Source of the DNA: Somniosus microcephalus
Lineage: Eukaryota
Assembly: GCA_052327205.1 (NCBI GenBank)
Contig: CM126206.1
Span: 96,162,001 to 96,226,000, forward strand
DNA: 64,000 nt
Reading direction: 5' to 3'
Below, piece by piece: positions 51,994 through 63,603 of the stretch. Within the stretch, counting starts at the first letter, position 1. Every line of letters starts with the position of its first letter. Under the pieces are notes generated by a model that made no database searches, was not told the DNA's origin, and saw only the letters and a program-made list of their open reading frames with translations. The position numbers were made by a program, and so were the translations under genes.

Positions 51994-52632
51994 TTTAGTT
52001 TCCCGTACGATTCACTTTCAATCACCGGAGACACCGGAAACACCGGAGACACCGGCACTCATAATCAGTTCATAAAATTACTTTTCGTCTTATTCGTAGT
52101 TCATATAGCACAATTTTGTACTCACTTATACCGCTGCCACCATGTTGTGTCTCCTTGTGTTCTTATACTATATATATATTTTACAGACACTTTTAGTTCA
52201 TTTTAGTTAGTGCTTTTACTTAGCTGTATTTCTTGCTTTGTTACAGTGCTGCCGCATGGTGCAGAGTGGTACAAGATGTCCGACGCTGCACTGTGCACTG
52301 CCCATGCACAGTGTGCCACATAGCAATATAACTACACCATACCAATGTAGTTCCATACCAAAGTAGTTCCATTTAACGATGTGATACTATAACAATGTAA
52401 CAGTCTTCATATTCGTAGTTATGTAGGACAAAGAGTAATTAGGTGGTAGTGTTGGAAGGCAGTCAGAACGTAGTTGAAGAGGTGAGACTGTCAGCGTGCT
52501 GGAGGGAGTGTTTGCTTAGGAGAATCTCACCTCAATAATTTGTTGCCTTACAGCTCTGGCAGCTGATAGCACTGCTCGGTCTTGCTCTTCCTCATCATCT
52601 TCTTCCTCGTCACCTTCTTCATCTTGCTCCTG

Positions 52633-52805
52633 CACTTCTTCCTCCTGTGCTAGCTGCAAGGCTTGGCACCAACCCCACCCCCGGCATGGCATAGTTGTAT
52701 AACAAGCAGCAAACCACTTCTTCCTCCTGTGCTAGCTGCAAGGCTTGGCACCAACCCCACCCCCGGCATGGCATAGTTGTATAACAAGCAGCAAACCACT
52801 TCTTC
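52633..52805. repeat. 82-bp perfect tandem duplication
   Basis: cacttcttcctcctgtgc...agcagcaaac at 52633 and 52715. Confidence 0.95.
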
Positions 52806-54322
52806 TTCTTCTCTTCTTAGGCAGTCCCTCGGAACCGAAGATAACTTGCTTCCACATTAAAAATGAGTTCTCAGGTGACTGATGAGTCCAATGCGGGACC
52901 TACAGTCTCTGTCACAGGTGGGGCAGACAGTGGTTGAAGGGGCGGGTGAGTGGGATGCTTGGGTTGATGTGCGCTCCTTCCACTGTTTGCGTTTGGCTTC
53001 CGCTTGCTCCCGGCGAAGAGACTTGAGGTATTCGGCGCCTTCCCGGATGCTTCTCCTCCGCTTTGTACGGTCTTGGGCCAAGGATTCCCAGGTGTCGGTG
53101 GGGATATTGCACTTTTTCAAGGAGGCTTTGAGGGTGTCCTTAAAGCGTTTCCTCTGCCCACCTGGGGCTCTCTTGCCGTGTCGGAGCTCTGAGTAGAGCG
53201 CTTATTTTGGGAGTCTCGTATCGGGCATGCAGATGATGTGACCCGTCCATCGGAGCTGATTGAGCGTGGTCAAAGCTTCGATGCTGGGGATGTTGGCCTG
53301 AGCGAGAACACTGACGTTGGTGCGCCTATCCTGCCAATGGATTTGCAGGATTTTGCGGAGGCAGCATTGGTGGTACCTCTCCAGTGCTTTGAGGTGCCTG
53401 CTGTACATGGTCCATGTCTCTGAGGCATACAGGAGGGTGGGTATTACTACTGCTCTGTAGACCATGAGCTTGGTGCCGGGTTTGAGGTCCTGGTCTTCAA
53501 ACACTCTTTTCCTCAGGCGACCGAAGGCTGCACTGGCACACTGAAGGTGGTGCTGGACTTCGTCATCGATGTCTGCCCTTGTTGACAGTAGGCCCCCGAG
53601 GTATGGAAAGTGGTCCATGTTGTCCAAAGCCTTGCCATTGATTTTGATAATCGGGGGGCAGTACTGTGTGGCGGGGGCAGTACTGTGTGGTGGGGGCAGG
53701 TTGATAGAGGACCTTTGTCTTACGGATGTTTAGTGTAAGGCCCATGCACTCGTATGCTTCGGTGAACGTGTTAACAATGGTTTGGAGTTCGACTTCTGAG
53801 TGAGCGCAAACGCAAGCATTGTCTGCATACTGTAATTCGACAACAGAGGAAGGGACGACCTTGGATCTGGACTGGAGGCAATGGAGGTTGAACAGTTTCC
53901 CGTTTGTTCTGTAAATTAGCTCCACTCCAGCGGGGAGCTTACTGAGGGTGAGATGGAGCATTGCCACAAGGAAGATCGAGAAGAGCGTTGGTGCGATGAC
54001 ACAGCCTTGCTTGACCCCGGTCCATACAACATGAATTGGGTCTCTGGTGGAACCATTGGTCAGGATCACGGCTTGCATGTCGTCGTGCAGCAGGCGGAGG
54101 ATGGTGACAAACTTTTAAGGGCAGCCGAATTTGAGGAGAACACTCCATAATCCCTCACGGTTGACAGTGTCAAAGGCCTTTATGAGGTCAAAGAAGGCCA
54201 TGTACAGCGGCTGGTGCTGTTCCCTGCATTTCTCTTGTAATTGGCGCGCGGTGAAGATCATGTCCATTGTACCCCTTAGTGGGCGGAATCTGCATTGCGA
54301 CTCTGGGAAGAGCTCTTCAGCC
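52801..54322 (-). mobile_element. RTE-clade LINE, 5'-truncated
   Basis: GVKQGCVIAPTLF, YADN, LLYASETW, C-terminal CPTC...HLRTH; (aga)n tail; 26-bp TSD at 52775-52800 / 54323-54348. Confidence 0.93.
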
Positions 54323-54711
54323 AGTTGTATAACAAGCAGCAAACCACTATAACTCTGGAGACTCATTCGGGGCCGTACTGCAGGACTCCACAAGACCGTT
54401 CCAGGCACCTTTGTTTGGGGATGCCTATAGTTGGCTCAATGAGACCTCCTGTTTTTGTGTGGCTCTCACTGTATTGGTGCTCTATGTCGGTGCCAGGGTT
54501 TCTGACATATGTCGTGAGGTGTAGAGGGGATACCCACCCACCTCCATGGAGCCAGCTTGGCAGTCTCTGGTCTAGGTGGTAGACAGGGAGGATTGAAGCG
54601 CAGTATGAAGGCGTCATGACTACCGCCAAGAAACCAGGCACAGACCTGGTTATGCGCTGTCTGTGATCACAGTACAGCTTAATATTCAAGGAGTGGAACC
54701 CCTTCCTGTTA

Positions 54712-54878
54712 TAGCTTTAGAGGGAAGCTAGATAAGCACATGAGGGAGAAAGGAATACAAGGATATGGTGATAGGGTGAGATGAAGTAAGGTGGGAGGAG
54801 GCTCGTGCGGAGCATAAACACCAGCTTAAACCTGTTGGGCCAAATGGCCTGTTTCTGTGCAGTAAATTCTATGTAAAC
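54712..54878 (+). mobile_element. CR1-type 3' end / SINE fragment
   Basis: gggaagctagataagcacatgaggg...ggcctgtttctgtgc..aattctatgtaa; same family as 21862 and 58097. Confidence 0.75.
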
Positions 54879-55111
54879 ATGGCTGGTTCATGATTGGGAG
54901 AACACAGAGAAACATTTGTGCAGTCAATGAGGCCTTGCACCTGGGGAAATCCAGCAACACAGGCAAATTCAGCAGTTCTCTCTTCCTGATCAGCAGACTC
55001 TATGGGGAGTTAACCTGCGAGGTAATTTTGACTTTGGCCGATAGTGTAAAATAGGCAATATCGGATCAGCTGCCCATGAGATATATAATCAGAGGGCAAC
55101 TGTCGCCTGCT

Positions 55112-55942
55112 CTTGGCCGTATGGACACTAAACCGACTAATGTTGCTGATGGCCGTATGGACACTAAACCGACTGATGTTGCTGATGGCCGTATGGACAC
55201 TTAACCGACTGATGTTGCTGATGGCCATATGGACACTAAACCGACTGATGCTGCTGATGGCCGTATGGATACTAAACCGACTGATGTTGCTGATGGCCGT
55301 ATGGACACTTAACCGACTGATGTTGCTGATGGCCATATGGACACTAAACCAACTGATGTTGCTGATGGCCGTATGGACACTAAACCGACTGATGTTGCTG
55401 ATGGCCGTATGGACACTAAACCGACTGATGTTGCTGATGGCCGTATGGACACTAAACCGACTGATGTTGCTGATGGCCGTACAGACACTAAACCGACTGA
55501 TGTTGCTGATTGCCGTACAGACACTAAACCGACTGATGTTGCTGATGGCCATATGGACACTAAACTGACTGATGTTGCTGATGGCCGTATGGACACCAAA
55601 CCGACTGATGTTGCTGATGGCCGTATGGACACTAAACCGACTGATGTTGCTGATGGCCGTATGGACACTAAACCGACTGATGTTGTTCTTGGCTGTATGG
55701 ACACTAAACCGACTAATGTTGCTGATGGCCGTATGGACACTAAACTGACTGATGTTGCTGATGGCCGTATGGACACTAAACCGACTGATGTTGCTGATGG
55801 CCATATGGACACTAAACCGACTGATGTTGCTCTTGGCCGTATGGACACTAAACTGACTGATGTTGCTGATGGCTGTATGGACACTAAACTGACTGATGTT
55901 GCTGATGGCAGTATGGACACTAAACCGACTGATGTTGCTGAT
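55112..55942. repeat. 36-bp minisatellite, ~23 copies, derived from transposase coding sequence
   Basis: Unit gatggccgtatggacactaaaccgactgatgttgct; the minus strand reads (ISNISRFSVHTA)n, continuing from ATGD. Confidence 0.95.
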
Positions 55943-56847
55943 GTCACCTGTTGCTGCATAGTGGTTGAGAGCCACAGTTACCTTCACAGCAACAGGCCCT
56001 GTGTGCCCTGGTGTTTGGCTCTAATTCCTGCTGCAACAGGTGATTTAGTCAGTGGCTGCCTGCCTGCACAAGCACAGCCTCCTCACACACTACTGCTCTG
56101 ACATGTTGAAGTATGACATCCTGTTCCGGAAGACCCGGAAGCTGTAAGGCCTCCTTGGCCCTTGTCTCCTCACCATCATCATTGACCCTCTACAGGTCTG
56201 TGCTGCTGTTGCTGCTGCTGCTGCCACTGTGGCAGCCTCAATGGTAATTCCAGCAACATTCCCATTTTCTGGTATTCCTATAGCCAATGGAGTCAGAAGT
56301 CAGCAGTCCAACTGCTCTATACTCTGAACCACTAACAAAACTCAGCCAAAAAAATGACTTCAAAAATCCCCTGTAGCCAAAAATGACTTTTCCAGTGACT
56401 TAAGGTGTAGAAGTGTGGACCTCTTTAAATAGCACTGCTTCACCCAGCTCCCCGAGTGTTGGCACCATGTTTTTTGGGTGTGTACAAGAAAGCACGAAAA
56501 AAGGCTCCCAAGCACTAATTTTGTAAAGGGGTTCTAATTCAAGTGCAGGATCCCTATTAATATATTTTAATGAGGCCAGCGTTCACTTCAGACAACATTA
56601 TGTCATCTTGAAACCATTCACTTTAGCCTGTAATGAAAGCAGGAAAACTTTTCTTTTCTGAATGTCTTTCCCAATGCCCAACATTTGTTTGGCATTATTA
56701 ACATCCAATAAGCAACGTAGGCCCAGGGCAAGGATTATGCATGAGCAGATCATCCCCTTAGAAAACCAAGTAAGATCATATCCCTTAATTGTACTGTGTA
56801 ATTACAGTCATTTAATGGATGGATCTCTGATTTTTCCAGTTAACCTG

Positions 56848-56978
56848 CGAGGTAATTTTGACTTTGGCCGATAGTGTAAAATAGGCAATATCGGATCAGC
56901 CGCCCATGAGATATATAATCAGAAATACTGATTCGATTACGCCCGTTTTACATTACTGCTCAAAGTCAAAATTACCCC
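56848..56978. mobile_element. short palindromic MITE
   Basis: g(a)ggtaattttgactttg ... caaagtcaaaattacccc inverted ends. Confidence 0.75.
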
Positions 56979-58096
56979 AGTGTTATTCTATTCAGTTAAA
57001 TATTATGTGAAGTCTAATAGAAACAGTGAAGAATCTTCAGTCAAATTAATCTTATCCATACACTGTCTGCCATCTTGATGAACTGTTAGTTTTAGTCAAG
57101 AAATGAAGATGACCTGAGATTTAGGATTCTTTGCAGTATATCTCAGTTCACATAAATATAATCACTGTATTAATAATAGTAAAAAAACAAATGACAGCAC
57201 AAGGCTCTCAGTTCCATTTGACACCTTAGCATTTGAATTTATATAGGCTTTAAAATCGTTATAAGATTTTCTTGCTTAACAAACTTTGCAAAAGAAACTC
57301 CTGATTAAACATTTAATTATTTATTCACTTGCTTGCTTTAAAACGTGTTAATTTTAATCAGCGCATCCAGTCGCATAAGCTAGTGAGAAAATATACGATA
57401 AACATTTGCTATTGTTACTTGGTTTTCCTTAATTCCCGTATATTTATTTAATTATTATGAGCTTATATTCCCCATTTTTGAATTTAAAGTTTTACGCATT
57501 ATTTTAATATAATCAATATATGATTGATTGGAGTTTATAAAGCTGTGTTCCAATAAATAGCTTTGGTTTGTAACAGTAGTCAGATGGTCCAATGTTCTGT
57601 TGGATTTAATAAGGTGACATTGCAAGTTGGTAGTCAGTGGAATCTAGTGTAAGAAGAATCATGTGTAATGTGTTTTCAAAAGATTATGAGCAAATTATAT
57701 TTAAGTGCTTTACAAATCACTTTGTGGATTCTTGTGACCTCTACAGGGAGTTGTCAGTGTATTTTGGGTGCATGACGTAAATGTAACGCTGAATTGGCTT
57801 GAAGGTACTTGAACTAAGTCACATCGCATGAAACTGGCACCATTTCAGAACACTGGCCGCCAATGACTCAGATGTTTGGGCAAGTCAGAAGAATAACAGA
57901 GAAATTAGATCATCCAACCCACTGTAAAAATTCCAGTCCCTATTAGATATATAATTTAGATAATGATATATATGTGTTTCACAGACATACAAAAATAAAC
58001 AAGCTCAGTTTTTATTCAAAAAGAATGTTATTTTTTCCTTGTTCTTATTTTCTCCCCTCCTCTCCTGAAGGTGCCCGCATTCTCCACTCCCCTTTT

Positions 58097-58255
58097 ATGC
58101 ATTTAAGGGGAAGTTAGGTAAACACGTGAGGGAGAAAGGGTTATGCTAATAGGGTTAGATGAAGAGGAGTGGGAGGAGGCTTGTGTGAAGCATAAACCAT
58201 GCAGCATGGACCAGTTGAGCCGAATGGCCTGTTTCTGTGCTGTACATTCTATGTG
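58097..58255 (+). mobile_element. CR1-type 3' end / SINE fragment
   Basis: atgcatttaaggggaag...gaatggcctgtttctgtgctgtacattctatg. Confidence 0.7.
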
Positions 58256-58839
58256 CTGAGGTATGCTGTCACGTGTGCAAACTACCCTCTGGTGCTACAC
58301 CAACGTGGTCCTACTTCTAGTGTGAGCCTAGCCAGTGTCAACAGGCCATTCGATTGTGCATGCCATCAAAACCAAAGCCAATCCTGCCTTCACACGACAT
58401 CCACACAAGGGCACTTTCCATCTGAAGTCAGTAGACAATGGCGAGGAGTAGAGCTCTGACTGATTTTTCCCTTCACTCCTCTATGGGTGATGAGGCATAC
58501 CATAATTTCCAAAATTACCTAAATCAGCCCAGACTACGGGCAGAAACTGGGCCCTTCTTGGTGTTGTGTATAGCTAAATTGCACAGTGAGCATTTTCACA
58601 TTGGGCAATGCACTTAGCAAGTGAGCTGATGGTGGAGTAAATCTATTTATTCCATAAATTATTCTATCAATCTACCTTATAAACATATGCAATAAACATT
58701 TGGAAGAGCAGATGTTTCTCAAGTGAAGGTTTGGAGCTGCCTGTAAGGAGCAGATCTATATAGGTTGTCAATTTAAAAATTGTAGCAGAACCTTCAGACT
58801 CATCTATTCCAATGCTCTCTTGACTAGTTTCCCATCCAG

Positions 58840-59095
58840 CACCTTCCATAAACTTCAACTCATCCAAAACTCTGCTGCCTGTATCCTAACCCACACAAAG
58901 TCCTGCCTACCCATCGCTCCTGTGCTCACTGATCTCCAATGGATCCCAGTCCCCCAGTCTCAGATTTAAAATTCTCAACTTCGTGTTAAATCTCTTCAGG
59001 ACCTCGCCCCTCCCTGTCTCTGTAACCTCCTCCAGCCCTACAATCTTCCAAGAACTCTTCATTCGTCAAACCTTGGTCTCCTGTGTTTCCCCCAT
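58840..59095 (+). mobile_element. L2 fragment
   Basis: caactcatccaaaactctgctgcc...tttaaaattctc..., related to the reverse complement of the L2 near 17720-17900. Confidence 0.7.
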
Positions 59096-59888
59096 AATTT
59101 TGAATACTCTTCCTCTCTGCTTTTTGCAGAATTGTTTCAAAAGCTCTTCACGATTTTCTTTTAACTTTCAGGCACCAAAATTCCTTGGGGGTTTCACCAG
59201 TCTCCTGTGGCAATTTCAGCAGGAGTCCAGCAGAACCGCCACAGTTTTTGGTAGTATCCTGGCTGGCTTGTTATGGAAGAAATTCAATCTGCCCCTTACA
59301 AGGTAAATAACGTCCGGGATGGTGATTGCTTAAACTGAGAGTTCTCACTCCTGAGGCTGGACGGCTGACAAGCTGAGTGAGTGAAGGCGACCAAAGGAAC
59401 TTTGGACTCATTGGAGGAAAAATTCAGAGGGCGCTAATGGGGCGCAAAGCAACTAGCGCACGGGCGCGGTGATGTTTGCGCCACTTGCGAAATTGACCAG
59501 AGTTTTTGCGGCGGCGCAAAGGTTTACCACCCAAATCTCCTGCGCCCACAGATCGTGATGTCAGTCGAGCGTGCAACACCCTGGTGGCGCCCCGGACCTG
59601 ATATTGAGTGGCACCCCCCTCCTTTCTATCTGCGCAAGCAACAACAGGGAGACTGGAACGTTTCCTAGTCAGTGAGGGGCTGGTGGGGCGCTATTTAAAG
59701 CGGCCTCTTCCTGGCTTTTTCTGTGGTAGACATTTTTGCACCACTCATTCTGACAGAGAGAGATTCTGAGAGAGAGAAGGAGAGACTTCTGCATAGAGTC
59801 AACACTGTGTGAAGTAGTTTTGGATACTGAGCATCACTTTGCAGGTACTTTTGGATTTGACCTTCATTACTTCGATTGCCAAGAGACT

Positions 59889-62800
59889 ATGGGGGCTGCA
59901 CTGATTCGGGGCGTCGTCCTGCACCTGCAGAATCAGAGGCAACAGAGAGAGAGTGGCTATCATGGCCAGATGGAGGAGGGCCAACAGGCCTCGGCACAGG
60001 ATACCTTACCCTCCCAGGGTATTCCGGGAACAATTCTCCTATGTTAATTTGTCTGAGGAGCAGTGTTTGCGCAGGCTGCGCTTCAACAAGGAGGTGGTCA
60101 CTGAGCTCTGCCACCTGCTGCAGCCAGATCTGCAGCCTCTACTGAGGACCAGGACGTCTCTGTCGGTGGCTGTGAAGGTCACAGTGGCTCTGAACTTTTA
60201 TGCCACCGGCTCCTTTCAAGCAGCTAGTGGGGACATCGCCAATATCTCCCATTTTGCGGTCCATTGCTGTATCCGTCAGGTCACAAATGCCCTCTATAAA
60301 AGGAGACGCCAGTACATCTCTTTCCCAATGACCTGGGCCAAACAACATGAACGCGCATTGGGCTTTGTGAATATACCAGGCTTCCCCATGGTGCAGGGTG
60401 CCATTGACTGCACGCATGTGGCATCGCGGGCACCGCATGAGAATGCAGAGGTTTTCCAAAACCGCAATGGGTTCAACTCCTTAAACGTCCAGTTGGTCTG
60501 TGGGAGTTGTATACAGACCCCCAAACAGTACTACTGAGGTTGGGGATGGCATTAAATGGGAAATTAGAGATGCGTGCAATAAGGGCACAGCAGTTATCAT
60601 GGGTGATTTTAATCTATATATAGATTGGGCTAACCAAATTAGTAACAATACTGTGGAGGAGGAATTCCTAGAGTGTATACAGGATGGTTTCCTGGACTAA
60701 TATGTCGAGGAACCAACTAGAGATCAGGCCATCTTAGACTGGGTATTATGTAATGAGAAAGGATTAATTAGCAATCTTGTTGTGCAAGGCCCCTTGGGGA
60801 GGAGCGATCATAATATGATAGAATTCTTCATTAAGATGGAGAGTGAAGTAGTTGACTCAGAGACTAGGGTCCTGAATTTAAATAAAGGAAACTACAATGG
60901 TATGAGGCGCGAGTTGGTTAGCATGGATTGGGGAACATTACTTAAAGCGTTGACGGTGGATAGGCAATGGCAAACATCTAAAGATCGCATGGATGAACTA
61001 CAGAATTTGTTCATCCCAGTTTGGCATAAAAATAAAACAAAAAAGGTGACTCAACCGTGGCTAACAAGGGAAATTAGGGATAGCATAAGATCCAAGGAGA
61101 GGACATATAAATTGGCTGGAAAAAGCAGTAAACCTGAGGATTGGGAGCAGTTTAGGATTCAGCAAAGGAGGACAAAGGGATTAATTAAGAAAGGGAAAAT
61201 AGAGTATGAGAGTAAACTTGGGGGGAACATAAAAACTGATTGTAAAACCTTCTATAGATATGTGAAGAGAAAAAGATTGGTGAAGTCAAGTGTAGGTCCC
61301 TTGCAGTCAGAATCAGGGGAATTTATAATGGGGAACAAAGAAATGGCAGGCCAATTAAATTCATACTTTGGTTCTATCTTCATAAAGGAGGACACAAATA
61401 ACCTCCCAGAGATGTTGGGGAACATAGGGTCTAATGAGAGGGAGGAACTGAATGAAATCATTATTTGTAGGGAAATGGTGTTAGGGAAATTGACGGGATT
61501 GAAGGCTGATAAATCCCCAGGGCCTGATAATCTACATCCTATGTACTTAAAGAAGTGGCCATAGAAATAGTAGATGCATTGCTAGTCATCTTCCAAAATT
61601 CTATACATTCTGGAACAGTCCCCATGGATTGGAGGGTAGCTAATGTAACCCCACTATTTAAAAAAGGTGGTAGAGAGAAAACGGGGAATTATAGACCTGT
61701 TAGCCTGACATCAGTAGTGAGGAAAATGCTAGAGTCCATTATAAAATATGTAATAGCAGAGCACTTGGGAAACAGTGACAGGATTGGACAAAGCCAACAT
61801 GGATTTACAAAAGGTAAATCATGCTTGACTAATCTACTGGAATTTTTTGAGGATGTAACTGGTAGAATAGATAAGGGAGAACCAGTGGATGTGGTGTATT
61901 TGGACTTTCAGAAGGCTTTCGATAAGATCCCATGTAAGAGATTAGCATGCAAAGTTAAAGCACATGGGATTGGGGGTAAGGTACTGACTTGGATAGGGTA
62001 CTGGTTGGTAGACAGGAAGCAAAGAGTTGGAATAAATGGCTCTTTTTCCGAGTGGCAGGCAGTGACTAGTGGGGTACCACAGGGATCGGTGCTAGGACCC
62101 CAGCTAGTCACAATATATATTAATGATCTAGACGAGGGAACTAGATGTAATATCTCCAAGTTTGCAGACGACACAAAGTTGGGTGGGCGTGTGTGCTATG
62201 AGGAGGGTGCAGAGAAACTCCAGTATGATTTAGACAGGTTGGGTGATTGGGCAGATGCATGGCAGTATAATGTGGATAAATACGAGGTTATCCACTTTGG
62301 TGGCAAAAACAGGAAGACATATTATTATCTGAATGGCAATAGATTGGGAAAAGGGGAAGTGCAACGAGACCTGGGTGTCCTTGTGCACCAGTCACTGAAG
62401 GTAAGCATGCAGGTGCAGCGGGCGGTTAAGAAGACAAATGGTATGTTGGCCTTCATAGCGAGAGGATTCGAGTACAGGAGCAAGGATGTCTTGCTGCAGT
62501 TGTACAGGGCCTTGGTGAGACCACACCTTGAGTATTGTGCGCAGTTTTGGTCGCCTTATCTGAGGAAGGATGTTCTTGCCATGGAGGGAATGCAGCGAAG
62601 ATTCACCAGGCTGATACCTGGGATGGCAGGAATGACGCATGAAGAGAGATTGGGTGGATTAGGCTTATATTCGCTAGAGTTTAGAAGAATGAGAGGGGAT
62701 CTCATTAAAACTTATAAAATTCTAACAGGACTTGACAGACTAGATGCAGGAAGGATGTTCCCGATGGCGGGGGAGTCCAGAACCAGGGGTCACAGTTTAA

Positions 62801-63603
62801 GGATAAGGGGTAAACCATTTAGGACTGAGATGAGGAGGAATTTCTTCACCCAGAGAGTGGTGAACCTGTGGAATTCTCGACCACAGAAGGCAGTTGAGGC
62901 CAATTCATTAAATATATTCAAGAAGGAGTTAGATAAAGGGATCAAGGGATATGGAGAGAAAGCAGGGTCAGGGTACTGAATTTGGATGATCAGCCATGAT
63001 CTCATTAAATGGTGGAACAGGTTCGAGGGGCCGAATGGCTTATTCCTGCTCCCATCTTCTATGTTTCTATGACAGCTGATACTCGCTGTCAATGCCCGCT
63101 ATCCTGGCAGCAGCCACGATGCTTTCATCCTGTGCCAGACTGCTGTGCCAGAACTTTTTCAGGCACCGCATCAGCCAAGTGGTTGGCTCCTCGGGGACAA
63201 GGGTTATCCACTGTGCACCTGGATGATGACACCGCTCCATAACCCCATCACCCCTGCTGAGCTGCGGTACAATGAGAGCCATCTCGCCACCAGGAACATC
63301 GTTGAGCAGACGATTGGCGTGCTCAAGCAACGATTCCGCTATCTGTACCATTCAGGAGGAGCCCTGCAGTACTCGCCTGAGCGAGTGTCCCTCTTCATAG
63401 TTGTGTGCTGCATGCTGCATATCCTGGCAATCCTCAGGACCCAGCCAATGCCAGCAGGCCTTGGAGCATCACTGGAGGAGGAGGGGGAAGAGGAGGAGGA
63501 AGAGGAAGAGGATGATCATGAGCAGCACCAAGGTGGGAGGAAGGCCCACAATGTTGAAACTGCAAGGGCCGTCCGTCAACGGCTGATAGCAAGCCGCTTC
63601 TAG
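59889..63603 (+). pseudogene. Harbinger transposase disrupted by CR1
   Basis: GAIDCTH...SLNVQLVC (to ~60502), resumes QLILAVNARYPGSSHD (63071), GDKGY, RNIVEQTIG, ends RLIASRF*. Confidence 0.92.
60503..63070 (+). mobile_element. CR1 LINE, 5'-truncated in the endonuclease domain
   Basis: GVVYRPPN, GDFN, SDH, FADD; ORFs 60782-61564 and 61555-62979; tail ttctatgtttctat. Confidence 0.95.

Larger units (their letters stand above)
32768..52402 (-). mobile_element. Gypsy LTR retrotransposon A, full-length, with nested insertions
   Basis: LTRs 32768-33711 (with MITE) and 52143-52402; 4-bp TSD gtct; PBS tggtggcagcgg (tRNA-Leu 3' end); PPT gagaaagagtga. Confidence 0.95.
52520..56290 (-). pseudogene. 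decayed Harbinger transposase interrupted by RTE, SINE tail, templated insert and minisatellite
   Basis: RRPYSFRVFRNRMSYFNMSEQ, KVTVALNHY, IEPTIGIPKQRCLERSCGVLQYGPE, VVCCLLYN and acidic tail. Confidence 0.85.
30062..56650. mobile_element. old Harbinger element expanded by nested insertions (Myb gene on +, transposase on -)
   Basis: Myb remnants at 30180-32640 and transposase remnants at 52520-56290, in the same convergent layout as 6255-10604; termini not resolved. Confidence 0.72.

Noticed and set aside
55112-55942. 36-bp periodic array as a CRISPR array
   Set aside because: Units are contiguous with no unique spacers, there are no cas genes, the context is eukaryotic, and the unit derives from a transposase.
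58667-58867. Paralogous ORFs WETSQESIGI (also 32262-32462) as duplicated exons
   Set aside because: The similarity is explained by the DNA-level templated copy; no splice or protein-family support.
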